Shown here in pieces: positions 39,969 through 48,436 of a DNA stretch of 64,000 nt. Within the stretch, counting starts at the first letter, position 1. Every line of letters starts with the position of its first letter. Both the position numbers and the translations under genes were made by a program. Under the pieces are notes generated by a model. That model was not told the DNA's origin. It worked only from the letters and a program-made list of their open reading frames with translations, and searched no databases. This DNA comes from a virus: UHGV virus genome UHGV-1372970; one strand, given 5' to 3'.

Positions 39969-41642
39969 CTATGCTCTTTTGAAAACGAATACTGCGACTG
40001 TGATGCCGGTGTCCTCGAACTCACCTGAGAACTCTCGGCCTGATTTAGCGCAAACGAACTGATTACCTATCCATTCTTCCGGCTTGTAACCGGCTGGCAG
40101 GACTGCGGCCATAATTCCTTTTTCGTTGAGATGGTTAAGCGCGGTTAGCGTGTGCTCTTTTGCTCGACCTTCCGAATACGGTGGGTTGATGGCGATCTTG
40201 TCGTAGTCGTAAGGCAGCTGCTTTGACCAGTCGATAAAGTCTTTATTGTGAACGCTGTACCCTTTGGCCGAGAGGATGTCGCAGAACAATGGCGACACTT
40301 CTACGCAGGTCACATTCTCCGGTGTCGCGTTGAGAAATGTCAGCAAATCACCACGGCCGGCTGACGGCTCAAGTACGCGGTCAGTGGGTGTGCATTTCAG
40401 GATCTGCGCTACGTATTGAGCGATTGATTCCGGTGTCGGGTAGAACTGGTGTGACTTAACCTCTGGAATGAGGCCCATTGACACGATACTGTCGAATGTC
40501 GCGGTTGGCTCATACGGGAACAACCAGCTGCCTCTCTCCTTCACACCACCGATAAATCTCAGAGTGCGTTCAAGGTCTTCTATTTGAGCCTTTTGCAGTG
40601 ACGAATCGGAGAAGTACCACGTACCGTCTTTACTACTATGGCGACGATCACGAATGACGCCTCTGGTTCTTTCCGATACGGTCTTCTGGATGTAGCCGAA
40701 CTCTTTTGGTGCCTTAGTTGTTGGCGCCTTGCGACATGGTGCCGGTATTGCTGCAGGCATACTATGGGCCAGCACCTCATTCAGCTTCCAGGCGACGTCC
40801 GGGTGGATCTCAAAGTGTGCGTTTCCGTTTTTGAAGATTTTGACGCGCATTAAATTGCCATCGACATTCATCCATTTCCCGGTTTCGCAACCATGCGCTC
40901 TGTAAGCCGCTGAGAGCATCTCAGAGCAACGATTAAGGGTAATGAACTCCTTGTGGGCAAAAAAGTGCAGCATGACGCGCAGGTCGTCAATGACGTCCGA
41001 TTTGTGGTAATTCAGGGAAACACTTTCGTTCCAAAAGTCAGTGACACAGTAAGAGATGATCAGCTTCTCGCTAAAGCCGTATGTTTTATTGGTCTTGTGG
41101 GTCGGGCTTAATGCCTTAAACAGACCATAGACACGCTCTGCCAGATATTTATGGCGGTCATTGAGTAACGTCGTCATCGTTGGGATAACAGTGTCCGCGG
41201 TGAACTCGGGAACGCCAACGAACTCCTCAACTCTACGCTCAAAGCCGCCGCGGTCTTTTTTTACCGTCTTTTGCACGCCTAACGTGAACTGACTGCGCCA
41301 CTGATCTCGGCGCTCAGCTGGCATGATTAACAGTGCGCCTGTCATATCCGTCACCTTATGCCAGTATTCCGCCCAAATGTTCTGCTTCACGAAATCAAGG
41401 TTAACGGCGTTCAGCTGAGAGACGTTACGGAAGTTTTCATCATTCGGGCGGCGGCTCAGTACCTGCAGACGATTAATCATCGAGACACGGTCGCTAGAGT
41501 AAACAAAATCATGCACCTGGTTCATCAGGGATATTTCGTTTTCACACTCAGCGACAATATCGTGAATGACATTCATTTCCTTACGGAAGTCGACAGCGCC
41601 GGTTGTGCTACTGATGGTTGCTACGGCAGTTGACATGGTCAT
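39969..41642 (-). CDS. DNA methyltransferase (NPPY type) with a large N-terminal domain of unknown function.
   Basis: C-terminal EPSAGRGDL (motif I) followed by INPPYSEG (motif IV), gamma-class order. Start reassigned to MTMSTAV with ribosome-binding site TTTAAGGAA. The listed start is TTG. Confidence 0.65.
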   Translation of the reverse strand: MTMSTAVATISSTTGAVDFRKEMNVIHDIVAECENEISLMNQVHDFVYSSDRVSMINRLQVLSRRPNDENFRNVSQLNAVNLDFVKQNIWAEYWHKVTDMTGALLIMPAERRDQWRSQFTLGVQKTVKKDRGGFERRVEEFVGVPEFTADTVIPTMTTLLNDRHKYLAERVYGLFKALSPTHKTNKTYGFSEKLIISYCVTDFWNESVSLNYHKSDVIDDLRVMLHFFAHKEFITLNRCSEMLSAAYRAHGCETGKWMNVDGNLMRVKIFKNGNAHFEIHPDVAWKLNEVLAHSMPAAIPAPCRKAPTTKAPKEFGYIQKTVSERTRGVIRDRRHSSKDGTWYFSDSSLQKAQIEDLERTLRFIGGVKERGSWLFPYEPTATFDSIVSMGLIPEVKSHQFYPTPESIAQYVAQILKCTPTDRVLEPSAGRGDLLTFLNATPENVTCVEVSPLFCDILSAKGYSVHNKDFIDWSKQLPYDYDKIAINPPYSEGRAKEHTLTALNHLNEKGIMAAVLPAGYKPEEWIGNQFVCAKSGREFSGEFEDTGITVAVFVFKRA

Positions 41643-41699
41643 TTCCTTAAACAATTTGTTTTCTTATGCTAGTTATTATCTCAAACAATAAAAGGCGAT

Positions 41700-41712
41700 A
41701 AACAAATTATTT
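41700..41712 (-). promoter_or_regulatory. Early promoter palindrome plus TGaGATAAT, upstream of the methyltransferase gene. A second copy of the palindrome (41649-41661) lies in the leader abutting the ribosome-binding site.
   Basis: Minus strand CCTTAAATAATTTGTTTATCGCC..TGaGATAATAA..gcATAAGAAAACAAATTGTTTAAGGAA-ATG. Confidence 0.65.
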
Positions 41713-41739
41713 AAGGCAATGAAAAGACCGCCTAGGCGG

Positions 41740-42390
41740 TCATGGGATAGATTGTTTATTGAGGCTATTCCACTTATTCATCAACTCGGCATTGCGCTGA
41801 TCTGACTTGCTAAAGAGCTTTTCTGGCAGTTGGGAAAGGCTGGTTGCTATCGTTTTCTCGGCTTCAATCAGAAGAGGGTGATCTCCGCTTCTGTTTTCGA
41901 TCTCTTCGACTGATGCACCTATGTCCTTGCCGACGAACAGCACTCTCAATATAAATGCCTTTTCAGCCAGATATTGCGCCGCAAATTTTTGGTCATGCTT
42001 AACAATTGACCGAGTATTGTGGACAATATCTGCCAGCTTAATAACTCGACTTTGCATGTCCAGGCGCTCCTGCAGAGCGGTGACGTTGATGAAGAATCTC
42101 GCCTCACGATTACCGTCTTCTGACTTTGCCTTGTTGCTTAGTGCATCTATCATCTCAGCAACGCGCTCCCCGAACAGCTCGAAAAGGTGGCCGAATGTTA
42201 CGTCCGTGTCTTCGATAGTGTCATGTAGTAGCGCTGCGGCGATCATTTCCTCCGTGCCGCCGTGGTTGCGAACAATCTCTGCTACAGCCGCTGGGTGCGA
42301 GATATAGTCCTCTCCGGTGTATTTGCGCTTTTGGCCTACCCCTGCATGAGCGCCGGCCGCAAACATATAGGCTTTATCGACAATGTTCAT
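41740..42390 (-). CDS. HD-domain phosphohydrolase, (p)ppGpp-hydrolase-like (small alarmone hydrolase family).
   Basis: YISHPAAVAEIV...AALLHDTIEDTDVT matches the RelA/SpoT hydrolase HD motif. Confidence 0.6.
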   Translation of the reverse strand: MNIVDKAYMFAAGAHAGVGQKRKYTGEDYISHPAAVAEIVRNHGGTEEMIAAALLHDTIEDTDVTFGHLFELFGERVAEMIDALSNKAKSEDGNREARFFINVTALQERLDMQSRVIKLADIVHNTRSIVKHDQKFAAQYLAEKAFILRVLFVGKDIGASVEEIENRSGDHPLLIEAEKTIATSLSQLPEKLFSKSDQRNAELMNKWNSLNKQSIP

Positions 42391-42647
42391 ACCAGCTTCT
42401 CTCTGATGGCGGCTTTAATCTGGTCGCCGCTCAAAATATTCAGTTTTTGGTCATAGAAAACAGCCTCGCCAGTTTTGGACTCATGCTGTGAAATAACACC
42501 GTAACCATACTTTTCTAACGAGTCCAGTCCGCTCTGGGCTATACGGTAGGAGTAATCGCGCCCCCATGTTGCATCATTACGTCCTTCAAACCGGGCGTGC
42601 TTGTAGTGTTCACGGATGAACAGATAGTGTTTCTGTCTGAATATCAT
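42387..42647 (-). CDS. Hypothetical protein.
   Basis: 86 aa. ATGA overlap with the downstream gene. Confidence 0.5.
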   Translation of the reverse strand: MIFRQKHYLFIREHYKHARFEGRNDATWGRDYSYRIAQSGLDSLEKYGYGVISQHESKTGEAVFYDQKLNILSGDQIKAAIREKLV

Positions 42648-42782
42648 GCGTATTGTTCCATTGTTTTCTTATGCTTATTATTTTCACACACAAGAAAAGG
42701 CAGTAAACAAGTTGTTTGGTTATTTTATTAGGCTGTAAAATGCTTTAGGACTGAAACCGGGCGATTGCAAAGGGATTATGCA

Positions 42783-43082
42783 ATGGGATTCGGTCTCCAA
42801 TGCTGGGACGAAAACGGCAATCTTGTCGTGGATACCAGCGATTACAACTGCCGGTACATCGGCACGTACAGTGTGAAAATGAATGGGAGCGATAGCTCTG
42901 TTACCCAAGGGGTCTCTGGCATTAGCTCAGGAAACTCCTTTGCTGTTGTTGTTGCAGGCTCGTGGGGTTCCGGGTTTAACGAGGTTTACTGCGTCACCAG
43001 CGACAATGCCTTTACGCTCTTCTCGGCCTCCGGCAATCACACTGAACAGACGTTCACGGTAGAAGTTTATCGATATGCTTAG
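42783..43082 (+). CDS. Hypothetical beta-rich protein (paralog A).
   Basis: Plus strand. Start at MGFGLQCWDENGNL (AAGGGA ribosome-binding site). Upstream TTGTTT-N18-TAAAAT promoter overlaps the palindrome at 42705. Confidence 0.55.
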   Translation: MGFGLQCWDENGNLVVDTSDYNCRYIGTYSVKMNGSDSSVTQGVSGISSGNSFAVVVAGSWGSGFNEVYCVTSDNAFTLFSASGNHTEQTFTVEVYRYA

Positions 43083-43091
43083 GGATAATGC

Positions 43092-43742
43092 ATGACATAC
43101 GGATTTGAAGTTTACAACGATGCGGGGGCGCTGCAACTCGACTCCGAAAACAAGACGACGCTCTTCTCTGACATCAGAGACATCTCTGGCCTGACGGATA
43201 TCGGCTATTACGCGATAGATAACCCTTTTGGGGGGAAATACCCGTTTGGTTTTTTGAAGCCGGCAGACATGCCGACATCCGGCTACCTGCATTGGTTTAG
43301 ATTAAATGCCGGCGCCTTCGCTATGCCTGGGGCCTGGAGCTTTCAAAACAACAGCGGTCAGATAATCAGAACAACGCGCAACCTCAGTGTTGAAAGCGGA
43401 TATCTCGACGTGAGGAACGGTAATGGGGATCTCATCTGGAGTGCCAAAAGCGCCAACCGTGTGCCAAGAATAAGAGGGTTCATAGACCTTCCGGCAAACT
43501 CGCCCGTTGATAGCCAGGTCATATCTTTCACGCCGGGCTTCAATCCGTGGATCCTGTTAAATGCGACACCGGGCAACATATCTGACGACGGAGAGACCGT
43601 CGGCTATTCCGGTCTACTCATTCGATGGACAGGTTCACAAATACAGGTGAAGTATGCCCGCCAGAGACAAAAGAGCTTCTCAGAGTCATTTGGTGGTAGG
43701 GGAGGGCTGCGTATCCCTTATGCTCTCTTTCCGGGATACTAA
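43092..43742 (+). CDS. Hypothetical beta-rich protein (paralog B).
   Basis: 216 aa. N-terminus MTYGFEVYNDAGALQLDSEN resembles paralog A. Confidence 0.6.
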   Translation: MTYGFEVYNDAGALQLDSENKTTLFSDIRDISGLTDIGYYAIDNPFGGKYPFGFLKPADMPTSGYLHWFRLNAGAFAMPGAWSFQNNSGQIIRTTRNLSVESGYLDVRNGNGDLIWSAKSANRVPRIRGFIDLPANSPVDSQVISFTPGFNPWILLNATPGNISDDGETVGYSGLLIRWTGSQIQVKYARQRQKSFSESFGGRGGLRIPYALFPGY

Positions 43743-43743
43743 T

Positions 43744-43767
43744 GAAAAGGGGCATCAGCCCCTTTTC
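43744..43767. terminator. Bidirectional rho-independent terminator.
   Basis: GAAAAGGGGC-atca-GCCCCTTTTC at a convergent gene junction. Confidence 0.75.
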
Positions 43768-43924
43768 ATTTCTTCGAGTGATCTGGTTCGACATAGCGAG
43801 AAAGCACGTAACTTAGTGACTCACGCATGGACCCGGCGCCACAGTGCTTCTTTGCCACATCAGCAAGCTCAGAAACCAGTTCGCGATAGACGTGGGGCGG
43901 TAACTTCACCATAGGCTCTTTCAT
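43766..43924 (-). CDS. Small hypothetical protein.
   Basis: Start chosen at MKEPMVKL, overlapping the upstream stop (TGATG). The start at MVKLPP (43912) is an alternative. Confidence 0.35.
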   Translation of the reverse strand: MKEPMVKLPPHVYRELVSELADVAKKHCGAGSMRESLSYVLSRYVEPDHSKK

Positions 43925-44217
43925 CAACTCAATTTTCCCGCATAGTAATATGGGACGATAACCCACTCCGCATTCCAGTCGTTCACAACCTGCTGCGCTT
44001 CAGAAAGTGTTTTACGGTCTGCGGTAACTTCACCAGCTTTGTTCATGATGTGATAGCCGGCCGGGTTTGCCGAGGATGTGCTGAGTGACTCTTCCCGTAA
44101 ACAGACTTCTCGAACGGGTATGCCGTTCTCTTTGGCCCGGTTGAAGGCTTCCAATGAGCAGTCTATCCAGGTATTTCCGCCATCATTTGCTTGACGAATT
44201 ACTTTATTTTTAACCAT
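43924..44217 (-). CDS. Hypothetical protein.
   Basis: 97 aa. GGAG ribosome-binding site. Confidence 0.55.
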   Translation of the reverse strand: MVKNKVIRQANDGGNTWIDCSLEAFNRAKENGIPVREVCLREESLSTSSANPAGYHIMNKAGEVTADRKTLSEAQQVVNDWNAEWVIVPYYYAGKLS

Positions 44218-44369
44218 TTTCAGATCTCCACCACCAATAAATATTCAGATGCCACAGACAGAACGAGTAAAACGGCCCATCGTTCCAGAATCGGCCAAAC
44301 CCCCATCGCGCCACGCGGCGTGGAATCCAGCTAATAGCAAGCCACCAGCCACCATGACGACCGGGGAGT

Positions 44370-44687
44370 TTAATTTTCAAGGAAATCTCCCTCATCTCGA
44401 TCATGACGACGCTCGAAAGCGATAGTAAGACGCTCGCCTTTCTTCGGCTTCCCCGCATCAAGTCGCCAATGCTTCATGTCACTGACGATTTGCTTTGTGA
44501 AATAGCCGTCTTTGTCGTCCTCTACAACAACATTCTCGACGCGACCGACTCGATTAACATCGTATTTCACATGAACAGTACCGTACACACCGTGCTGATA
44601 TGCGCGAACAGGGAATTTAACGGTGTTATCTGGTTTTATGCTGCATCCTGTCAGGGCGATCGCCAACAGGAGGTATGAAAACTTCAT
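44370..44687 (-). CDS. Lipoprotein with a TonB C-terminal-like domain.
   Basis: Start at MKFSYLLLAIALTGCS (GGAGGA ribosome-binding site, lipobox). Downstream segment VRAYQHGVYGTVHVKYDVNRVGRVENVVVED...HWRL fits the TonB_C pattern. Confidence 0.5.
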   Translation of the reverse strand: MKFSYLLLAIALTGCSIKPDNTVKFPVRAYQHGVYGTVHVKYDVNRVGRVENVVVEDDKDGYFTKQIVSDMKHWRLDAGKPKKGERLTIAFERRHDRDEGDFLEN

Positions 44688-44742
44688 GAGGTCCTCCGTG
44701 ACAAGAAGCGCAACCTTATCGCTGCGCCAATTGTTTATTTGT

Positions 44743-45177
44743 TTATTTGTTAAGGCCAAAGCGATTCTTCAGCTCGCGGATCTGAGCATTCGCGCCGGCC
44801 ATTGCTCGCGTCTGGGCCAACTCAAAGGTATTCACGATGGTTTCGACGATGCGAAGAGCCTCTTCATGAGACATTTTATTAGCGTCTGCCTCGGGGGCTT
44901 TTTCTTTAACAGGCATCCAGCTCAGTGTCTCGTGCAGACGCTTGTTGTCTGCTTCAAGCTCTTTATTCTGGCTGGCGAAGTGAGCGATCAGAAGAAGCAT
45001 GTTCGCGGGGTCAAGCAGACCAGCCTCGCCATAATGATCCAGTTGCAGCTTTAGCTTCAGTGCATCAGTTACAGAGTCAATTTCACCGGTTGCTAGAATC
45101 GCCAGCTCAGCAATTTCGTTTGCGTGAGACAGGGTTTGTTGGCGTTGAGCTTTAATTCGTTCACAGTTCTGGCACAT
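44743..45177 (-). CDS. Hypothetical coiled-coil protein.
   Basis: Start reassigned to MCQNCERIK (AAAGGAAAA ribosome-binding site). Confidence 0.5.
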   Translation of the reverse strand: MCQNCERIKAQRQQTLSHANEIAELAILATGEIDSVTDALKLKLQLDHYGEAGLLDPANMLLLIAHFASQNKELEADNKRLHETLSWMPVKEKAPEADANKMSHEEALRIVETIVNTFELAQTRAMAGANAQIRELKNRFGLNK

Positions 45178-45264
45178 GTATTTTCCTTTTTTTGTTTTGA
45201 TAACAATTTGTTTTCTGATGTGGTTAATTATGGGCTGACCCAAAAGGGGTCAGCCCATGTTTAA

Positions 45265-46044
45265 TCAGGCGATAGCTTTCTCTGCGGTCATCTCTTTTAC
45301 GCTATCTCGACAGACGTCATGAGAGATTGAATCGACACGGATAATCCCGCGCTTGATAAGGAGTAGGGCGATAAAGCACAGACCTTTAAACGTAAATTTG
45401 GCCTGAGTATGGCCACCGACAACACTGGTTACGTTACGGCCCAGGCCGCGGTCAATGAACGTCTTCAACAGCTGGCGTGGGGTCGTGGTGTATTTGCGCT
45501 TAACGAACACACCTCCTGCCATTTCCATGCACGATGCCATTACTGCGCCAGAAGTACCTAGGATGCGGCCAGGTTCATTAACGCCGTACAGCTGATCTGC
45601 AGTGCCGGCCAGTCGGTCCATAAGAACAGCCTTCGGACTCGCTACGCTGAGTGCCTCACCCAAAGCGACATTCTCATCAGTCAGCCGCTCATTTTCTTCA
45701 ACCTGAGCAACAAGGTGGATCAGCGCCTCTTTATAGGTACGTGGCAGAGCCGGTTCTTTTACAGCCTTCTCAAGCTCAAGCCAGCGGTCTACCAGACGCG
45801 CCGTGAACTCTGGACTTAGCTGGGCTACAACGATAATGCTGTCTCGCTTCCCCATCTCCCCGGAGAACACGAAAAACGTCGCGGAGCGGCCTGCCGTGGG
45901 CTTTTCCCCCATTGGGGGAGAAGTTATAACGCCGCGTTTTACAAGTCTTTCGATGGACTGCTTGACCTTGTCATGGCGATTTCCGATCAGCTCGGCAATA
46001 TCCATGCTGGTCATCGTTGCTGTGGTGATGCTTAATTCTTTCAT
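45265..46044 (-). CDS. Phage regulatory protein, Rha / KilA-C (anti-repressor-like).
   Basis: N-terminal Rha-like HTH (SMDIAELIGNRHDKVKQSIERL). C-terminal KilAC-like domain. Confidence 0.55.
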   Translation of the reverse strand: MKELSITTATMTSMDIAELIGNRHDKVKQSIERLVKRGVITSPPMGEKPTAGRSATFFVFSGEMGKRDSIIVVAQLSPEFTARLVDRWLELEKAVKEPALPRTYKEALIHLVAQVEENERLTDENVALGEALSVASPKAVLMDRLAGTADQLYGVNEPGRILGTSGAVMASCMEMAGGVFVKRKYTTTPRQLLKTFIDRGLGRNVTSVVGGHTQAKFTFKGLCFIALLLIKRGIIRVDSISHDVCRDSVKEMTAEKAIA

Positions 46045-46232
46045 TCGTTCTCTTCAACAAAAAGGAGCCGAAGCTCCTTATATTGTTTTGGCGCCTTTAA
46101 TCAGCAAAGGCAGTAATAAAGTGATGCCAGTAATAACCAGCACCCCATCCGCAGCCACTGATAAAATCCGGCTGGTGAAGTCCACCAGCACAGACAGAAC
46201 CAGCAGCGCCAGCGCGACGCTGACGCGGACCA

Positions 46233-46658
46233 TCACAGGTACTGATCCAGAGACAGTTGCAGTGCCTGGGCAATTTTCTTCAGCATCAGTTCTTCTTTCT
46301 CATCGATGCCGTCGTTATCAGCGATGTCCAGGCACAGGCACAGAACATCGACCGCATCAGTGGTTCCAGCTACATCGGCCAGCTGACGCATAGCTTCAGC
46401 GTTAGCGGAGCGCGGGGAAGCTTCGTAGCGTGAACGAATATTTGAACTCATTTGGGCGATTTCGCCGGCAAACGGAGAGAAAGAGGGCAGTGCGGAGATG
46501 GTCTTCTCCAGAACGCTAATTTCTTTAGCATCGCAGGTGCCGTCGGCATATGCGATCGCATAGGCGCCCCACACGGTGGCTTCTACTGCATCGCGGTTTT
46601 CCATCTTTTTGACTTCAACAGCGGCTTTACGAACTTTCTTTTTAAAAATACCGAACAT
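46233..46658 (-). CDS. TerB-like (tellurite-resistance TerB family) protein.
   Basis: 141 aa with a TerB-type pattern (AYADGTCDAKEISVLEK...DGIDEKEELMLKKIAQAL). Confidence 0.5.
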   Translation of the reverse strand: MFGIFKKKVRKAAVEVKKMENRDAVEATVWGAYAIAYADGTCDAKEISVLEKTISALPSFSPFAGEIAQMSSNIRSRYEASPRSANAEAMRQLADVAGTTDAVDVLCLCLDIADNDGIDEKEELMLKKIAQALQLSLDQYL

Positions 46659-46715
46659 GTGATTTCCTTTGTTTTCTTATTTTAGAAAATAATTTGTTTT
46701 CTACTTCAGGCTGTG

Positions 46716-47162
46716 TCAGTCACAACCGAAGAAGCTGGACGACGAATCGGAGCATCCAGAGTCATACCCTCCAGTGTCGCCGCCGGAGTAGTGGTGGTGA
46801 TGTCCGTGGCTGTGGTGATATGACGGGGCCGGATCGTCTGCAATGGTGTTGATGGGCGAACTGTAGTGCTGGGTGCGGGACTCAGAGCCTGACTTACTGG
46901 AACCAGAACGAAAGGAGCTAACACCAGAACGCAAATCGCCAGGGCGAGAGGCTGAAGCCGCTTTCTCTGGTACTTTTCCACGAATAGGGTCCTTGATAGA
47001 TTGCGCGCTCTCTAGGCCTGCAGTCAGCTGAGAGATCGTAGCTGCTTGATTGCTAACGACGCGCTCAAGCATCTCGATACGCAGATTTTGGGCATCCAGG
47101 CCTCTGGCAATCAGCCTAATCTGCTGTTCGAAACGCTTGCTTGGGAATAGGAGACTGAACAT
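46716..47162 (-). CDS. Hypothetical protein with a His-rich C-terminus.
   Basis: Start reassigned to MFSLLF (AAGAGG ribosome-binding site). C-terminal HHSHGHHHH. Confidence 0.45.
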   Translation of the reverse strand: MFSLLFPSKRFEQQIRLIARGLDAQNLRIEMLERVVSNQAATISQLTAGLESAQSIKDPIRGKVPEKAASASRPGDLRSGVSSFRSGSSKSGSESRTQHYSSPINTIADDPAPSYHHSHGHHHHYSGGDTGGYDSGCSDSSSSFFGCD

Positions 47163-47311
47163 AAAGCCTCTTTGCATGTTTTAGAAACGGTTGCGGCTGG
47201 GGAGAACCCAGCCGCCTATTTGCGCCTCGTCCATGAGGCCAGCGCTAACCGCGCTATCTTCCGTGCAAAAGAAACATACAATAACGCAAAAAATAAGTAA
47301 ACACTTATTTA

Positions 47312-47875
47312 TTATTCGCGGTAATAAATAGCCTCATACATGCGATCGACCATCGTTGGGGATTCGGCCATGGATTTAGCCATCATGTCGCACAGCTCGT
47401 TATTCACGTCATGTCTGGTGCTTTTGACGCGGCTCCAACGAATGCGGTGTCCAGATGCGGCAGCATCCAGTTCCTGCCAGAGATCGGCATCCTTCACACG
47501 CTCACCGTTCGCCATCTTCCAGCCGCGCTTTTTCCAGCCTTTAACCCACAACTTCATGCCGTTGATTAGCTGCTGGTTGCTGGTGTAGATCGTCACATTG
47601 CATTTCTGATTAAGAAGATCCAACCCTCTGATAACGGCAAGTATTTCCATGCGGTCGCTGGTTGAGGATCTGAAACCTTCCTGAACAGTTTTGTTGTGGT
47701 TGCCAAAACGAACAATGGCCGCAGCACCACCGGCACCGTTTCTCATACAGAAGCCATTTGTATACAAAAGAACCTCTTTCAGCCGCGGGTCAAATTTTGC
47801 GGCCCCGTTTTCATCGGAAACACGACTATTACGGTTGTATTTGATGCCTTCCTGTTTTGCTGGTGCCTTCGCCAT
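47312..47875 (-). CDS. rnhA: Ribonuclease HI.
   Basis: Aligns with E. coli RnhA (TNGFC.., SDRMEILA, YTSNQQLINGMKLWVKGWKKRGWKMANGERVKDADLWQEL) with the catalytic residues conserved. Confidence 0.85.
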   Translation of the reverse strand: MAKAPAKQEGIKYNRNSRVSDENGAAKFDPRLKEVLLYTNGFCMRNGAGGAAAIVRFGNHNKTVQEGFRSSTSDRMEILAVIRGLDLLNQKCNVTIYTSNQQLINGMKLWVKGWKKRGWKMANGERVKDADLWQELDAAASGHRIRWSRVKSTRHDVNNELCDMMAKSMAESPTMVDRMYEAIYYRE

Positions 47876-48436
47876 TTTGCCTTTCCGTTTTCGCTTCGCT
47901 GTTTCGCTGAATGTTTTTGTTTTCTCGGTAGGGGCTGCTGACCATACTTATCCTAACAATTCCGTTAAAAAAACTTCGGCCCATTTTGTTTAACGGTTCG
48001 GCCGAATCAGTGTTTTCTTAATCGAAAAAGTTAGGCGTAGTTTCAGCAGTCCCTCCCACTGGTAAGCACTCTCATTCTTCTGGAAAGGGCTTACTCGTAC
48101 AGGTTCCTCTTAGAATTTAACGGTTGAGCTTTTATTCTGCGCGGTAGGTATCTAAGTCGCTCCCCCCACCTCACAGCCCTGTAGCTTTTACCCTCAACCA
48201 ACGTGGGCTACCAACCCACGTTCACACCGGCAATACAGACCCTATGCTACAAATCCCGTCTGGGTCTTCCCATGAGCCTCGGCTCAAGGTTCTTTACTGC
48301 TCCACCAATCCCGACCGTTTCTCACCGAGAGACTGGTGTCGTTGCCATTTTGTAATAGCTTGGCTGCTAAAAAATTTGGCCACATAAAAGTGGCCGCGCA
48401 ATCATACATACGACAAACATATAAGTAAATTATTAC

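Noticed and set aside
44210-44461. ORF 44210..44461 (83 aa, Trp/Arg-rich) overlapping the TonB-C lipoprotein gene.
   Set aside because: It has implausible composition, overlaps a well-supported gene in another frame, and has no ribosome-binding site. It is probably spurious, although the 44218-44370 gap is then non-coding.
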